From Antedon mediterranea (taxonomy: Eukaryota; Animalia; Echinodermata), in assembly GCF_964355755.1 (NCBI RefSeq), contig NC_092678.1, positions 8,634,422 to 8,698,421 of the forward strand: a stretch of DNA of 64,000 nucleotides. The letters run 5' to 3'. Numbering within the stretch: the first letter of the stretch is position 1; each line of letters begins with the position of its first letter. A model generated the notes under the pieces. It made no database searches. It worked only from the letters and a program-made list of their open reading frames with translations, and was not told the origin of the DNA. Shown piece after piece: positions 42,201 through 55,246 of this stretch. A program made the position numbers and the translations under genes.

Positions 42201-45200
42201 TTTGAAACATGGTACATGCTACAAAGAACAAATTTGTTCATCTCTATATAAATATGTATTAAGAATATCTTGTTTACTGTACTACAAATATAGCATTAAT
42301 AGTATTTGTATAATTAACCTTTTCACATCTGCAATAATGTTTACAACTTGTAACCAGTTTTGATCTCCTGATTTCATACATGCTGCTGCATACGCGAAAC
42401 CTGAGAAACCTCGGGAGGAAAGAATAGTTGCGCGCTATTTTATTACTATAATTGGTCAGTTTAATACTAGGGCAATACAGGCGCATGCAGTAAGAACTCA
42501 GAACATCTCGAAACAAAAACAGGCCTCATCAGTATGTTTTTCACAGAGTGTCGAGATTTTCCACAGAATTGTTTTTAATATTCACTCTATGCAAACCTGG
42601 TTACAAGTTGTTACATTTTGCAGATGATAGTGATACTAAACGATAAAATACTTTTATTGCAACTTTTGGGTTGAATTATACAAAAATATATAATTATACT
42701 TAAATGAAAATATATCATATCCATCAACAACAAAAATCAAATTACACAAAACATTGAAGAACAGACTAAACAGAAGTCAGGTGAAGATATGACTGTGCAG
42801 GGTACTTATGTAAAAGAGACCAACGAAAACAGATACGTCAAGCACACGTATTCGTTTTTCGTAAGACAGTAAAAATCTGTTTTGCATGGCAACGAAATAT
42901 TAAGGGCGCCGTCCAAAATATGACTGCGGTAAATTTAAGCGAAGCGCAGGTACGTGTTGCTTGGTGCTTGGCTGCCTAGGCCTAGCGTAACATTAAAGCG
43001 AGTGAGGACTTTAAAAACTGCTATTTATCTAAATTGACCTGGAATTTTAGTAAATTACTTTAGTAAATTACTTTCAATAAAAGTATAATTATAATATTAT
43101 AATCATGAATCATTCCTGATTCAAATGCAAAATAGATCAAAAACTATACTCGTTTTGTAGTTACGAATATGACTGGTGATATTCGTGAACACGAATACGC
43201 TTTACGAATATGAAATGGGGATCAGCTCAAAAGTTTCACAAATGTGTGACGTATCCGTTTTCGTTATCGTATTCGTAAGGTTGCGAAAACTCCCTAGTGT
43301 CACACAGACACAAACGAAATACATAGCATATTATCTTATTATTATTTAAGAATAGATTACATTTGTACATGAACTTATTGTAGGTCAAAGGATAGGCAAA
43401 TACTGAATGTCTTACCTGTTTTAGGTTCAACACCATATACTCTGCAAGGAGTCTGGCAATGTAATTTGATGGCTGCAGCTGTTCCAGCAAGCAACCCTCC
43501 ACCTCCACAACACACTAACACGATATCTGGATTGGGGACATCTTCAAGAACCTCAAGTCCTACACTGTAATAATTTAAAAAAATACACATATTATTAATC
43601 TTTAGATTAGTCAATTAGTCAGCCAATGTTCATTCAACAATGGATGCACATAAGATAAGATACCTTCGAGACCTTTAATATGGGGTGTCCTCTGAATAGA
43701 GGTTGGCCATAAAGTTAATAAGTTAATGCATTTCTCTGGTGGTGTCCTCTAAATAGGAATAGGCCTACTTGTATTAAGAGATTTATCCTTTTTACCTAAA
43801 AAAAAAGCGTTACTAATCATACACTCACACTTTAAATTTATGGTTTCACAGAATATTTGTGATGATAATTTTAAAGGAAATTTCTATTCAATCACATATT
43901 TGCTGTTTCAATCTTATTAAAAATTCTACTCGGAATTTGGCTGAAGTTAAAATCAGACAGTGTCGTACAGGAATGGCCGTGAAAACGTCTTGTCTGTGTC
44001 GGTGCTGTCCGAGTCTTGATATAGCATAGGGCTAGTTTAATATAAATATGTTTTAAGATAATCAATGATTTAAGATAAGATGAACTTTTTAAACAATATT
44101 TAATAACCAAGTGCCAATCTCAGTGACGTAATGTTAATGCTTGTTTTTTCTTATGGCCACTGTTCAGGTGCCCCTGTAAGCTCCGGCGGCCCTGGGTTTA
44201 TCCAGTGAGCACTCATAGCCATTACACCACTGACAAAACTCCTTGGCATTTCTAAGCCACACCAGTGTTAGGCTGTACGTGTGAACATGTAATGTAATTG
44301 AGTGTGAATGAATTTTAATCTCCATCCTACCTTCCATGGCCTGCTATGAGATGAAGATCATCAAAAGGATGGCAGAAATACATGCCTTCATTAGCAACTT
44401 TTTCATCTACTTTACTTTGTAATTCACTGACATCAACCTTTACAACCTTTGACCCATAACCCTGAAGAAATAATTAGTACTCGGGAAATAATAAAATTGC
44501 ACTACATATAATTGACTAACCATTGCCAATAATAATGTCATAGTAAAATTAGTACCAAACTACGGAACAATCATTGATTGATATGACACTGAATGTGGTT
44601 TTGCAACGTTACATTTTGGAACTTCTGAGGTAATCCCTGTTTCATATTTGTCAACTTTATATTTGTTTAAATATAAGCTTTGGTATTTGTAATACAAAAC
44701 AAATATGATTTTGGACAGCCCCTCAATATTTTGATTTCAGATTTTTGCTGACATGAAAACAAAATGTTATATGTGACATACAGTGTATATACAGTATTTG
44801 AATAAATGCGCCAGGGTGTTTAATGTTTGGAAGCATATTGAGAGTGGGGGGGGGGGGAGGGGGTGTTTATTCATCTATTAATGATAAAATACAGTGGAAA
44901 ATGGAACAATCTGCTTGGTCAATTGGTATCATGAAGTCAATGAATTCTACTACAAATAGAAATTTGTTGTAAAACAATATTGTGTAAAATATGCATGTGG
45001 AAAAAAACTATTCGATTGGGCTTTTATTCAAAATGGGCTTTTATTCGAATAAATAGGGTATTTGTTTTTGAATTCATATGGTTGCAAAATTTTCCTATTA
45101 TTAATCGGTTGACACACTACCTTGATTTACAATAAACACACTCCTTTGTTATAAAATATATTCAATATATAGTTACAAAGACCACAATTCATACAATATC

Positions 45201-46616
45201 CAAAACTTACTCTCATCAACACAGCTCGATTATCTGGCGCTGTCTTTGGCATTAGTACTGTGGCCTGTATACCAAGCTTATTGGCTGCATAACTTAGTGC
45301 TTTCCCATAATTTCCTGCAGACATAGTGATCACATGACAATCACCGTCCACAACTGCTTTTGGTAAATGTGCCATCTGATTGGCTAATCCTCTTACTTTA
45401 AATGAACCTGAAATTACAAAAGTTTTTTAAGGAGATTTTACAACACTATGAATGATCCTTAATACATTAAAGTAAATATGACTACAGTTTAACCGTCCCA
45501 ATTGTTCAATTTCTGCACAACTAATCTTTGGATCCAGAAAACTAATATTTTAACATCTGGACCCTCCAACCCCAGGAGCGCATCTAGGATTATTTTTGTG
45601 GGGGGCACACACGATCGTAGTGAGCAAATACACTGGCATATGCACTCTGTTGCGATCATCTGTAAAGGGTCTTGCACAGCTGCTCTTCTGGCTTGCTTCC
45701 GTTCCGACGCCGGCAAATCAAACGTTAATGTTTGTTTTCAAGACGCTCCATGCGGCTATGCGCCAATAGGCATGTAAATTAAACTTGTTAGTTGTTGTTA
45801 CACATGGATTAGCAACAGTTCGCACACGCAAGCGTTGTTGGATGTGTCGGTACGTTCAGATAGCGGGTATTTCAGCAGTTAAACAGACTGACTCGAAAGT
45901 ATGGGCTTGGGCTTCCATAAAGCCCCCCCCCCCACCCCCTTGGATCCGCGTCTGAAACCCACTCTTAAAAATAATTACTCAAGGACAATACCACAAACAA
46001 TTAACAGAGAGAGAATCTACCACTTAGTAGAGTTGCGGTTTCATTTATTAGTAGTGTTGGGTAATACTTGTTTATGGGTGGTTATACCTGAGATGAGTCA
46101 TGGTACAGAAGTTTATTTTATACAATGCAATATGCTTGTAGCATTCTACAATGTTATCCCGAGGCAGATTGCCAGCAAGATTTGCTGTCCCGACTAAATT
46201 GACTCCAACCAGGATTATAAATGGTGTTGAGAAACAAATAAACACTTCTAAAGAACAAAAGCAAAATAAAAGGCTATATTTTTTCAGCTGGATAAAGTAC
46301 AATATTTTGTGATGTTTTTGTATATAAATAATTTGCTACTTTGCTAAATTTGATTTCGATATTGAGGAACACTGATTATATAATGTGCACTAACATAATT
46401 TAGGCCATTTCTGTATGTGTACAGGAATTGAAATACAGTACCTGTCGTTTGTGAATTTTCTAACTTCAAGTGTAATTGAACATTTTCCTCTATGCTAAAT
46501 GCTTGCTGACATCGATGTATCATTGGAGTACGAATACATAAAGGACTATTTTGCACAACAGTATAAGCTGCCTTTAAGTCTTCTGTTGTAATAAAATCAC
46601 TACCTCTATTTTTCAT
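39234..46616 (-). CDS. PLP-dependent serine/threonine dehydratase / serine racemase-family protein, paralog 2 (6 exons, 329 aa from ATG 46616)
   Basis: Exons 46442-46619 (ATG at 46616), 45211-45407, 44331-44461, 43416-43564, 42126-42218, 39234-39478. Sizes 178/197/131/149/93/245 are identical to paralog 1. Motifs: ENSQTTGSFKVRG, MSAGNYG, HPFDD, CCGGGGLL, SIAAGL, VEPSGAA, ITGGN. Confidence 0.93.
40005..41023. mobile_element. pogo/Tigger (Tc1-mariner) type MITE in the last intron of paralog 2
   Basis: TA TSD; perfect TIR CCGTATATTTCGGTGTATAAGTCGCAC; internal GTGTATAAGACGCAC repeats. Confidence 0.85.
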
Positions 46617-47263
46617 TTTCTATATAAAAAATAAATAAAACAATATATTTTAAGATAGTTAATTTGTGTACATAATCGATCAATTTTTACTAATTTTAAT
46701 TAAACAAAATCATATTTGTCCCATCTACAACCATTGGGTTCCTTTTTATGTATTTTTATTTAAGAAGTAATATATCATACAAAATAATGTTAATACCAAA
46801 TTCTAATTAAAAAATGAGACAGAATCTGTCCAGTAATTATTTTTATTAACCTTTTTTCAAATTCCATTTTTTTTAAAAATAAAAGTAAAATTTTGATCCA
46901 GAGCCAAATGTTCACAACTAATGCCTTAGTAATATTATTACTAAGGCATTAGTTGTACTAATAAGAACCATAAACTATTCACACTGGCTATTCTTACAAT
47001 GATTAATAAGACAGCAATCATTAGCACATGCACAGTTGATCAAGATTTACGTGGGTTCATAACCCATCAATACCTAACTTATTTTTTTTCTTTTTTTGTA
47101 TCCACCATATTTTTATTGACCAATCTTGTTTCAATATTTTGCAAAAGAGGGATGCTTTTTTCAAAGTGTTGAGAGGCGGAGCCATAGGTTTGATTGCGTA
47201 TGCACTATCAATCATCGTAAGGACAGTCTGTGCTATATTTTTGACTGGTAATGCACCATAAAA

Positions 47264-47545
47264 CCCCCAGGGAGAGGTGCGTCATTTACAAATAGTAAAT
47301 GATGCAGAGGTAGGTAAAAAAACCGAAATGGTACATCAACTCAATAAACAATGGAGCGTCAAAGTCTGTCACTTTACCAAAAATGAACACTCAAGTTGCA
47401 TCATTGATCCAAATAAAAGGTTCCTTTGTAATTAAAAAATGGGTGTGCCATTGTCATGTAGAAGTAAGTGACTTTTTTGACAAAGGGGTCTGTAAAATAG
47501 TATGCATGACGCACATCTGACAAATGACACACCTCTTCCAGGGGT
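47264..47545. mobile_element. Small MITE-like inverted-repeat element between the Crypton ORF and paralog 2
   Basis: CCCCAGGGAGAGGTGCGTCATTT ... AAATGACACACCTCTTCCAGGGG. Confidence 0.5.
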
Positions 47546-47640
47546 CAAAAGTGCATCATATTCATACAATTGACAAAGCAAGGGTAGCCAAGGTGTATTT
47601 TAATTTTGTCATGAACTAAACAATATAATTGTTTGTTAAA

Positions 47641-48939
47641 TTATTTGTTTTTTTTGTGTGATTTCTTAACATTTACCGTGGAAGTCAATGTTGTGGGTAC
47701 TGTAAAAGATGTTGCATCTTGGATGCTATGCTGCGTGTCTTGTAACTTCAATTGTTCCTGTGATTCTGTTGAATTTAAATTCTCATTCATCAAGACATTA
47801 TCCTCAGACCAAGGTGTAGCATTTGTTGGTTCAGCATTTTCTAAATGTTCTTGCTTTATCTTGACTGTTATTGTCTTACTCATCTTGTTTATTGTTTTAT
47901 CACTGCAAGAACTAACATTTAAACGTTTCAGTGATGATTCAGATTTGCGAGCTGTTACACACATTTGGTCACGGTTGTTAAAACGAGCACGATCTAATAC
48001 AGTCATTGTTGTTGATCGTAAGCAGTGATTATTGTATAATCTGCTACAGCCAGCCATCTGACTAATCACCCTCATTTTTTTACCCAATGTGTTTATTCCT
48101 AAGGGAGAGTTCATGAACCACGGTCCATCAGCTGGAACAATATCTAAAGGTCTTTGCCACATACAATCAAGGGCTGGATTCAAGACGGCTTTATATTTCT
48201 GAAATGAAGATACTGGACAACTAGATGAGCCTGGTATTTCGTACATGTAGCCATTAATATTGGATTCTTCATCATCATCGATTTCTTTTAAAGGCCTAGA
48301 CTTTGTGAGCATGTCGCGGTGTGCAATGTATCGTAAGGGTCTGCCCTCACGTTCATTATCAGTTTCAATTATAAAATCATTCACTTTCATTTCACGAATT
48401 CTTCCATGTCCCCTAGTAGTAAAATAAATCATAATGTCCATGAATACTTTGTTCTGTAGGCCCAATGGTGTTGTAACATCTACAGCATCTGAAGCAACAA
48501 TTTTTGCCATATCTTTATTACTGATTGACTTAATAACAATCCCTTTCCCTGCCTTCTTCAGTTTCATCATCATTGCTCTGTATGCACCGTGGATTGCATG
48601 AAATTGATCAGTCTTGCTGATATCAATATCTCTAACCTTTTTAAAATGACGCTGAACGCCGTATTTAATTCCAAAAATGGACTTCTTTGTATAAAGGCTA
48701 CCGTCTGCTTTCTTCAGAGATATGAAAAATCGAGAAAGAAACTGATCAAGTTCATTTTCCTCTAATGATTCTACTTCTCCTAAGGATTTACCGGCGAGGG
48801 TTGCAAATTCACTCAAACGATTAATGGCAAAACATATTTGCTTTTGAGTATTTAATTTACCTTCATACGCTTCATACGTGCTGTCTAAAAAGTCGTTTAT
48901 TTCTGTTTCATCCACCAAGACAAACTCTGTCTCTGCCAT
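47641..48939 (-). CDS. Crypton-derived tyrosine-recombinase-like (DUF3504-type) protein, catalytically degenerate
   Basis: Uninterrupted 432-codon ORF from ATG 48939 in a good context (cacaaaATGG). Crypton-like motifs: LDQFLSRFF..LKKADGSLY, TPLGLQNKVFMDIMIYF..RG, LTKS, CPVSSFQKY...LNP....MWQRP, WF.NSPLGINTLGKKM..IS..AGCS..YNNHCLR. The expected TGH and terminal Tyr read TAR and L. Confidence 0.88.
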   Translation of the reverse strand: MAETEFVLVDETEINDFLDSTYEAYEGKLNTQKQICFAINRLSEFATLAGKSLGEVESLEENELDQFLSRFFISLKKADGSLYTKKSIFGIKYGVQRHFKKVRDIDISKTDQFHAIHGAYRAMMMKLKKAGKGIVIKSISNKDMAKIVASDAVDVTTPLGLQNKVFMDIMIYFTTRGHGRIREMKVNDFIIETDNEREGRPLRYIAHRDMLTKSRPLKEIDDDEESNINGYMYEIPGSSSCPVSSFQKYKAVLNPALDCMWQRPLDIVPADGPWFMNSPLGINTLGKKMRVISQMAGCSRLYNNHCLRSTTMTVLDRARFNNRDQMCVTARKSESSLKRLNVSSCSDKTINKMSKTITVKIKQEHLENAEPTNATPWSEDNVLMNENLNSTESQEQLKLQDTQHSIQDATSFTVPTTLTSTVNVKKSHKKNK

Positions 48940-49488
48940 TTTGTGGATTATTGAAGAATATAATAACAGTAATGTCAAAGGGCAAAATATAAAAGGTGTG
49001 TGGTGGCGCTATACATGTTTTTCTTAGAGCGGGGAGAGAGGGGGAAAGTTGAAATGGCAATCAGAAAATCGCGCGTGGTTACGCAACCGGACCATTTTAT
49101 GTCCAAATTAAGTTTGTTGCACAACTACGGTACATACGACGTGCGTCTTCTGGCCAAGTTACAAAATAACTGCTTTCGCCGTTTTAGAGAAAGACATTAA
49201 ACTAAGTAGTAATTGGACATAGCCAAAGAAAGTTTAGACCCACAAAAATAAAGAATGTGTATAATGTGTGAAGGCCTACTGTAATTTTTTTAATTTTGCT
49301 ATTTTATTATCAAACAATATGCATGTAGGCCTACTCAAAGGAACTTTAAAAATGTGCGTATATGAACACATGAGATGGGAAGATTAGACCCACGAGAATA
49401 AAAAATGTATTTTAGTGTAATGTTTATTGTTTATGTTGCTGACTTATTACTCGGACTGTGTTATACCTAACACACACACCCGTGACAG

Positions 49489-51870
49489 CGGATTACGGTC
49501 GAAGCGGCCGCCAACCAACCAAAGCGGCCGCTAGTTCAATAACGGTAATTTGTATGGAACGCCGTGTGCGCTTTGATTGTCGTTGTTTTGTCATTTTTGA
49601 TTGTCATTGTTTCGATCGTCAGGTTTTCTTTTCCTCGGACGTAAATAACAACTTACATTATTAATATTATGTAATATATTCTCTTTTTTGACAGATTGAA
49701 TGTGATACCTTCTTTTAAACGAAATGGCGAATCGATGATTACTTACTTTAACTGTTCTAAATGATATAGGCCTATATGTTTAATAAAGTCAATAAAAAAC
49801 ATTGTGGTGTTTTTATTGTATAATATATAATATGCCAATTATTAAGAATAATATATATATTTTTTCAATAAAATATATCAAATCAAAATATATATATTTG
49901 TTATTGTATATAAATATATTAGTAAAGTAACTACTGTAGGGCCTAAGTAGTACGTGTTCGCAAACATAATTTAATTACAATAACATGATGACATTAATCT
50001 ATTTATTTAATATCCTAAATTGTTTTATACCTTCAGATATATAAATATTGATCAATTTAAAATTAGTTTTAAATACTAAAATAAGACGCAAGTGCCTGTA
50101 CGGTACGGTAATTAATTACGTGAATTTCTGCTAATAACTCGACTGGCGGCGGGCCAGGAATAGTGCTGTAGAAGGTCGCGTTTTCGTCTTCACGTTGCTT
50201 CATTGAAAACACAAACAATGTATTACAATGGAATAACACTTAAATGTATAACACACCCTATTACTAATAATAAAAACCAAGATTCGATAGTACAGTGTAA
50301 ACGAGATATAAAAATTCGGCAATACCGTACGTAACTTATTATTGCAATACTGTATAAAGATTCGATGTAAATGAGATATAAAGATTCGGCAATACCGTAC
50401 GTAAATTATTAATGCAATACTGTAAAGATTCGATGTAAATTAATGAGATATAAATATTCGGCAATACCGTACGTAACTTATTATTGCAATACTGTATAAA
50501 GATTCGATGTAAATGAGATATAAAGATTCGGCAATACCGTACGTAAATTATTAATGCAATACTGTAAAGATTTGATGTAAATGAGATATAAATATTCGGC
50601 AATACCGTACGTAAATTATTATTGCAATACTGTATAAAGATTCGATGTAAATGAGATATAAAGATTCGGCAATACCGTACATGAATTATTAATGCAATAC
50701 TGTATAAAGATTTGATGTAAATTAGATATAAATATTCGGCAATACCGTACGTAAATTATTATTGCAATACTGTATAAAGATTTGATGTAAATGAGATATA
50801 AAGATTCGGCAATACCGTACGTAAATTATTAATGCAGTACTGTATAAAGATTCAATAGTATGTAAATGAGATATAAATATTCGGCAATACCGTACGTAAA
50901 TTATTAATGCAATACTGTATAAAGACTCGATAGTATGTAAATGAGATATAAAGATTCGGCAATACCTTAATAGTACGTAAATTATTATTGCAATACTGTA
51001 AAAAGATTCTATGAGATACAAGGATTCAGCAATACCGTACGTAAATTATTAATGCAATACTGTATAAGGATTCGATAGTAAATGAGATATAAATATTCGG
51101 CAATACCGTACGTAAATTATTATATTGCAATACTGTAAAAAGATTCGATAGTATGTAAATGAGATATAAAGATTCGGCAATACCGTACGTAAATTATTAT
51201 TGCAATACTGTATGAAGATTCGATAGTATGTAAATGAGATATAAAGATTCGGCAATACCGTACGTAAATTATTATTGCAATACTGTAAAAAGATTCGATA
51301 GTATGTAAATGAGATATAAAGATTCGGCAATACCGTACGTAAATTATTATTGCAATACTGTATGAAGATTCGATAGTATGTAAATGAGATATAAATATTC
51401 GCCAATACCGTACGTAAATTATTAATGCAATACTGTATAAAGATTCGATAGGAGAGTGCTCAAGAAACGTCGGGTCAAGAGGATAAAATAAACAAATAAA
51501 TAAATAGTACGTAATAAATGAGACATAGAGGTTCAATAGTATGTAGATTATGATGCAAACGTAAATTATTAATGATTCGATAATATATAATGTAAATATA
51601 TTTAGTTAGTTATTAATATTAAAATACAAATAAAATATACATTAATTTATCCGCAGGCAAACTTAATTATTATAGAAATATAAAGATTCGATAGTACATG
51701 ATTTGGCTTATATTTATTGGTTTGACCATACACACAGCTGTAACTCAACTCGCCATAGGCCATGGCGTTGACAACGACAATCAAAGATTAAAGCGCACAT
51801 GGCGTTCCATACAAATGACGATATTAAACTGGCGGCCGCTTTGGTTGGCGGCCGCTTCGACCATACTCCG
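49489..51870. mobile_element. TIR DNA element (~100-bp TIRs, 6-bp TSD TGACAG) carrying an internal satellite
   Basis: CGGATTACGGTCGAAGCGGCCGCCAACC... / ...GGTTGGCGGCCGCTTCGACCATACTCCG; TGACAG at 49483-49488 and 51871-51876. Confidence 0.75.
50280..51450. repeat. Tandem array of ~70-75-bp units, ~16 copies
   Basis: Unit AAAGATTCGGCAATACCGTACGTAAATTATTATTGCAATACTGTATAAAGATTCGATGTAAATGAGATAT, head to tail, no unique spacers. Confidence 0.95.
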
Positions 51871-53320
51871 TGACAGCTACTAGGCCTACTACTAGAATAG
51901 ACATTGGTTTAGAAACTAATAATTTTAACACGTAATTCTTTAGTAATAAATTATATTAAAAACACCATTAAACTAAAGGCTGATTATTTCGACAATCCAC
52001 ACAAAACGCCGCTATTCTTTTATGAAATCGCACGCGGCAACCACAGCGGAGATAGGCCTAGAATCGTACCGCACTTGTGTAATCACTTCTTGTTGCTGCT
52101 ATACGCTTTTGTGCACACGGAACTAGAACATTTTTAACTGATGAATTATTCATGTTTATTTTGTGACGTTTCATGAGAGGGGTCCCCAACTTATGTACGG
52201 AAAAAAAAATTATAGAAGAAAGAAAGAATTATATCAATTAAGAATATTTGTACTACATTTTGTACATACTTAATATTTATTATTATTGTAATTACAGTAC
52301 AGCTATTGTTATTTATCTTACGTATAATGAAATTTAATAATTCGTATTTTTAAATCCTAAAAATGTATTTAAAATTGTAATTGCATAATTGTTTTTACTC
52401 TAAATTATAATTTGCTTAATATTGTATATCATTCGAATGAAATATGGTTCACTTTAATTCTTAAAACCAAGATACGTTCCTACATAGTAAAAGTCACTTA
52501 TTGCGCATACGCGTATCAAACTGTATGTAGGCCTATCTGTATTAGACTGTATCCTTGACGTAGGCTACAAACACCATTGCTATAGTTATCGCGAACGTAC
52601 GTCATGAGTCAGGGGTCAGGGGCAAGAAGATCTTAGTAGCGAAGGGTGCTTTGTGAAAATATTTTCAACGTCAATGATGTTCAATATAATATGTGCTCAG
52701 TCTGGCGCTGATATAATTGCTTAAATAGGCCTAATATATATAACATGCACATGGCTTAAATTTTATTTCAAGTTATGTCTTATCATGTTCGGTAAGAATT
52801 TTCACAATCCAGCGTATGGTTGAATTGAAAACACCATAAAACTATTACATGGACAATTGCAGATAGGGCGTGTTATTTAATATTTTCGCCCATGAAGATA
52901 AATATAACTAAGAATAAGATTATAATAAGCTTTTATGACGTCACCGATATGTCGATTTTCCTGACAATCAATATACATGTTCTTTTTTGTATATTTCTAT
53001 CTGGAAAACCCTTTCTGGACGCTGCAAACAAAATAACTTATATACAAATCCAGGTTCCCAATACGACGCAACACAAAGAAATAGATAATTTGACCAATGA
53101 CGACTCGTGGATTTGATATACCATCTCATGACCACTGATGCGGACGTCGAAAATAGTATTTCTCGAGTAAAAAAACAACTTGGAGGCGCACGGTGGAGAA
53201 AGAAAGAGATCATGCTGGAGATCATGGAATGAAGCTAAAGCTAAAATTACAAAAACAACTGGTTGAAGAGAACATCTTGTAGCCTTATGGGACAATCGAT
53301 CTAAAAAAGGATATTGTTAA

Positions 53321-53596
53321 AGATGTATTGTCTCCCAAAAACCTGAAATAATATAAAGACTAATAAAATCAGACTTTGAAAAGGCCATTTTGCAGTTTTA
53401 GTAAAGTTAAAAATCAACAAACATAATTCTTTCACTTATGAAAAGAAAAAAAAACCGGTTAATTTTAAATTACATTTTTTTTCAGGAATCTTTTTCGATC
53501 CAGTTTTTGGTCGAAGTAATTAACTATTATGTGACATTAAAATGGTATATTTAACAAAAAAATAAAAAAATAAAAATGTAGGGGGACAACATATCT
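53321..53596. mobile_element. Kolobok-like MITE
   Basis: ttaa|AGATGTATTGTCTCCC ... GGGGACAACATATCT|ttaa. Confidence 0.6.
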
Positions 53597-54404
53597 TTAA
53601 GCAAGGTAATTTCCGTGCAGGAACTGGTGTTTCGAGACAAATATAAATCCAGTGACATGGATGGTACTCGATATCGGAACGTCTTGATCCACACGTTTAA
53701 AATTTTCTTTGTTTTCTTCATTTTTCATTCCTCTAAAATTTGGAGTAAATATTGCTAAAAGTATAACTAACCAACAGTTAACGTAGCTAATTATTTTCAA
53801 ATTGCTTACACAGTAGGATGTTTTGGTGGTCTTCTAAAAAGTGTTTAATGTTAATAAAGTATGATCATGCATTTTCAAAACTCTAAGCTCTAAACTTATC
53901 CAGTATAATGTAAGTTTTAAGTTATTGATTCTGGTTTTTTTAAGGCAATAAAATACAATTAAAGTTTACTTGTGTGTATTATCAAATACAAGTACAACTT
54001 TGTTGTGTTTATGTGCATAACGTACTATATTAGTCAGGCCAAAGTGAATGAAATTAATTTTAATACTGGCGTTATTTTTAACCTATAAATTAAAAATTAA
54101 GTCACGAATAGTTATTTTTCTATTGTACACACACGTCAATAGGTATGTATCTGTATAACTACCACCAAGGGACAGTAGCAGAATCGGCCGCACACATACA
54201 TGCACGTACATTATTTTTTTCTTCTACAAAAAGTGTCATGGCTAAAAAAGTTGAAGATGCACCCGAGTTGAGTGAACGCCATACAATTAATGCTTGGCGA
54301 AACGACAGAGGACGTGTTATTTACAATATTTCCGTCCACGAAGATAAATAATAAACTCATCCACTTATATTATTAATATTCATAAAGATCGGTGTGAGTT
54401 ATGG

Positions 54405-55200
54405 TCTTAAAAGTACGTTTGTATTGTGCTTATCATGTGCATATAAACTACCTAATATGTCAATCTTAATTATTAATTAATTTGAATTATATAGTGTTAT
54501 TAATAAACAAATCGCAACAAGATAGCGTTAGTTATAATATTGCGACCGTGTGATATAAAGCATATTCGTTGTTGACGACGTAATTGAACACTTCTGCACT
54601 TAAAAGTACGTTTGTATTGTGCTTATCATGTGCATATAAAGTACCTAATATGTCAATCTTAATTATTAATTAATTTGAATTATATATTTATTTATTTGGA
54701 ATTACACCTTTAGATCGGTGGCACACTTAGCACAAAGGTGCATCCTTCACAATATAAAATAACAATTAACAGAAAAGTAAAAAAAGGCAAAAGCAACTAT
54801 CAACCCCTATCCTACCCCCCCCCCCCCCCCCATTTACTTAATGTAGCAATGTAGATAACATAGTTATTGAGTCATGGAATTCAGTGAATCATTTCGAAAT
54901 TCCCATGCTTGTTTTAGGTATCTTTTACAAAAACTATCCAAAATATTTTCACACTCTTCATCAATTAAATTATCTGAGTATCCCAAAATATATTTAAGTT
55001 TGTCATTTTCATGAGAAGTATAAAAAGTATCAAACATATCTTTGCTGCCATTTCTATACATATCCACATATAAATTAAATAATTCCTGATTACGTATATT
55101 ATTTAAAGCTGGACAATTAAGGATGAAATGATGGATGTCTTCGTCCGAATTTGTACCGCACAATTTACATTTTTTATTATTATCAATATTCCAATTTGCA

Positions 55201-55246
<46 letters not shown>

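Noticed and set aside
47633-48028. 131-aa plus-strand ORF
   Set aside because: Antisense shadow of the Crypton ORF with no recognisable motif.
47641-48978. Active Crypton transposon or phage integrase, and the longer 445-aa start
   Set aside because: The catalytic His and Tyr are missing and no termini are seen. The 48978 start is a TTG, whereas ATG 48939 has a proper eukaryotic context.
50280-51450. CRISPR-like regular array and the ORFs called across it
   Set aside because: Units are head-to-tail with no unique spacers, there are no cas genes, and the context is eukaryotic. The ORFs are translations of the satellite.
52700-53300. Possible exon remnants
   Set aside because: Splice-like sites are present but the frames contain stops and no recognisable domain.
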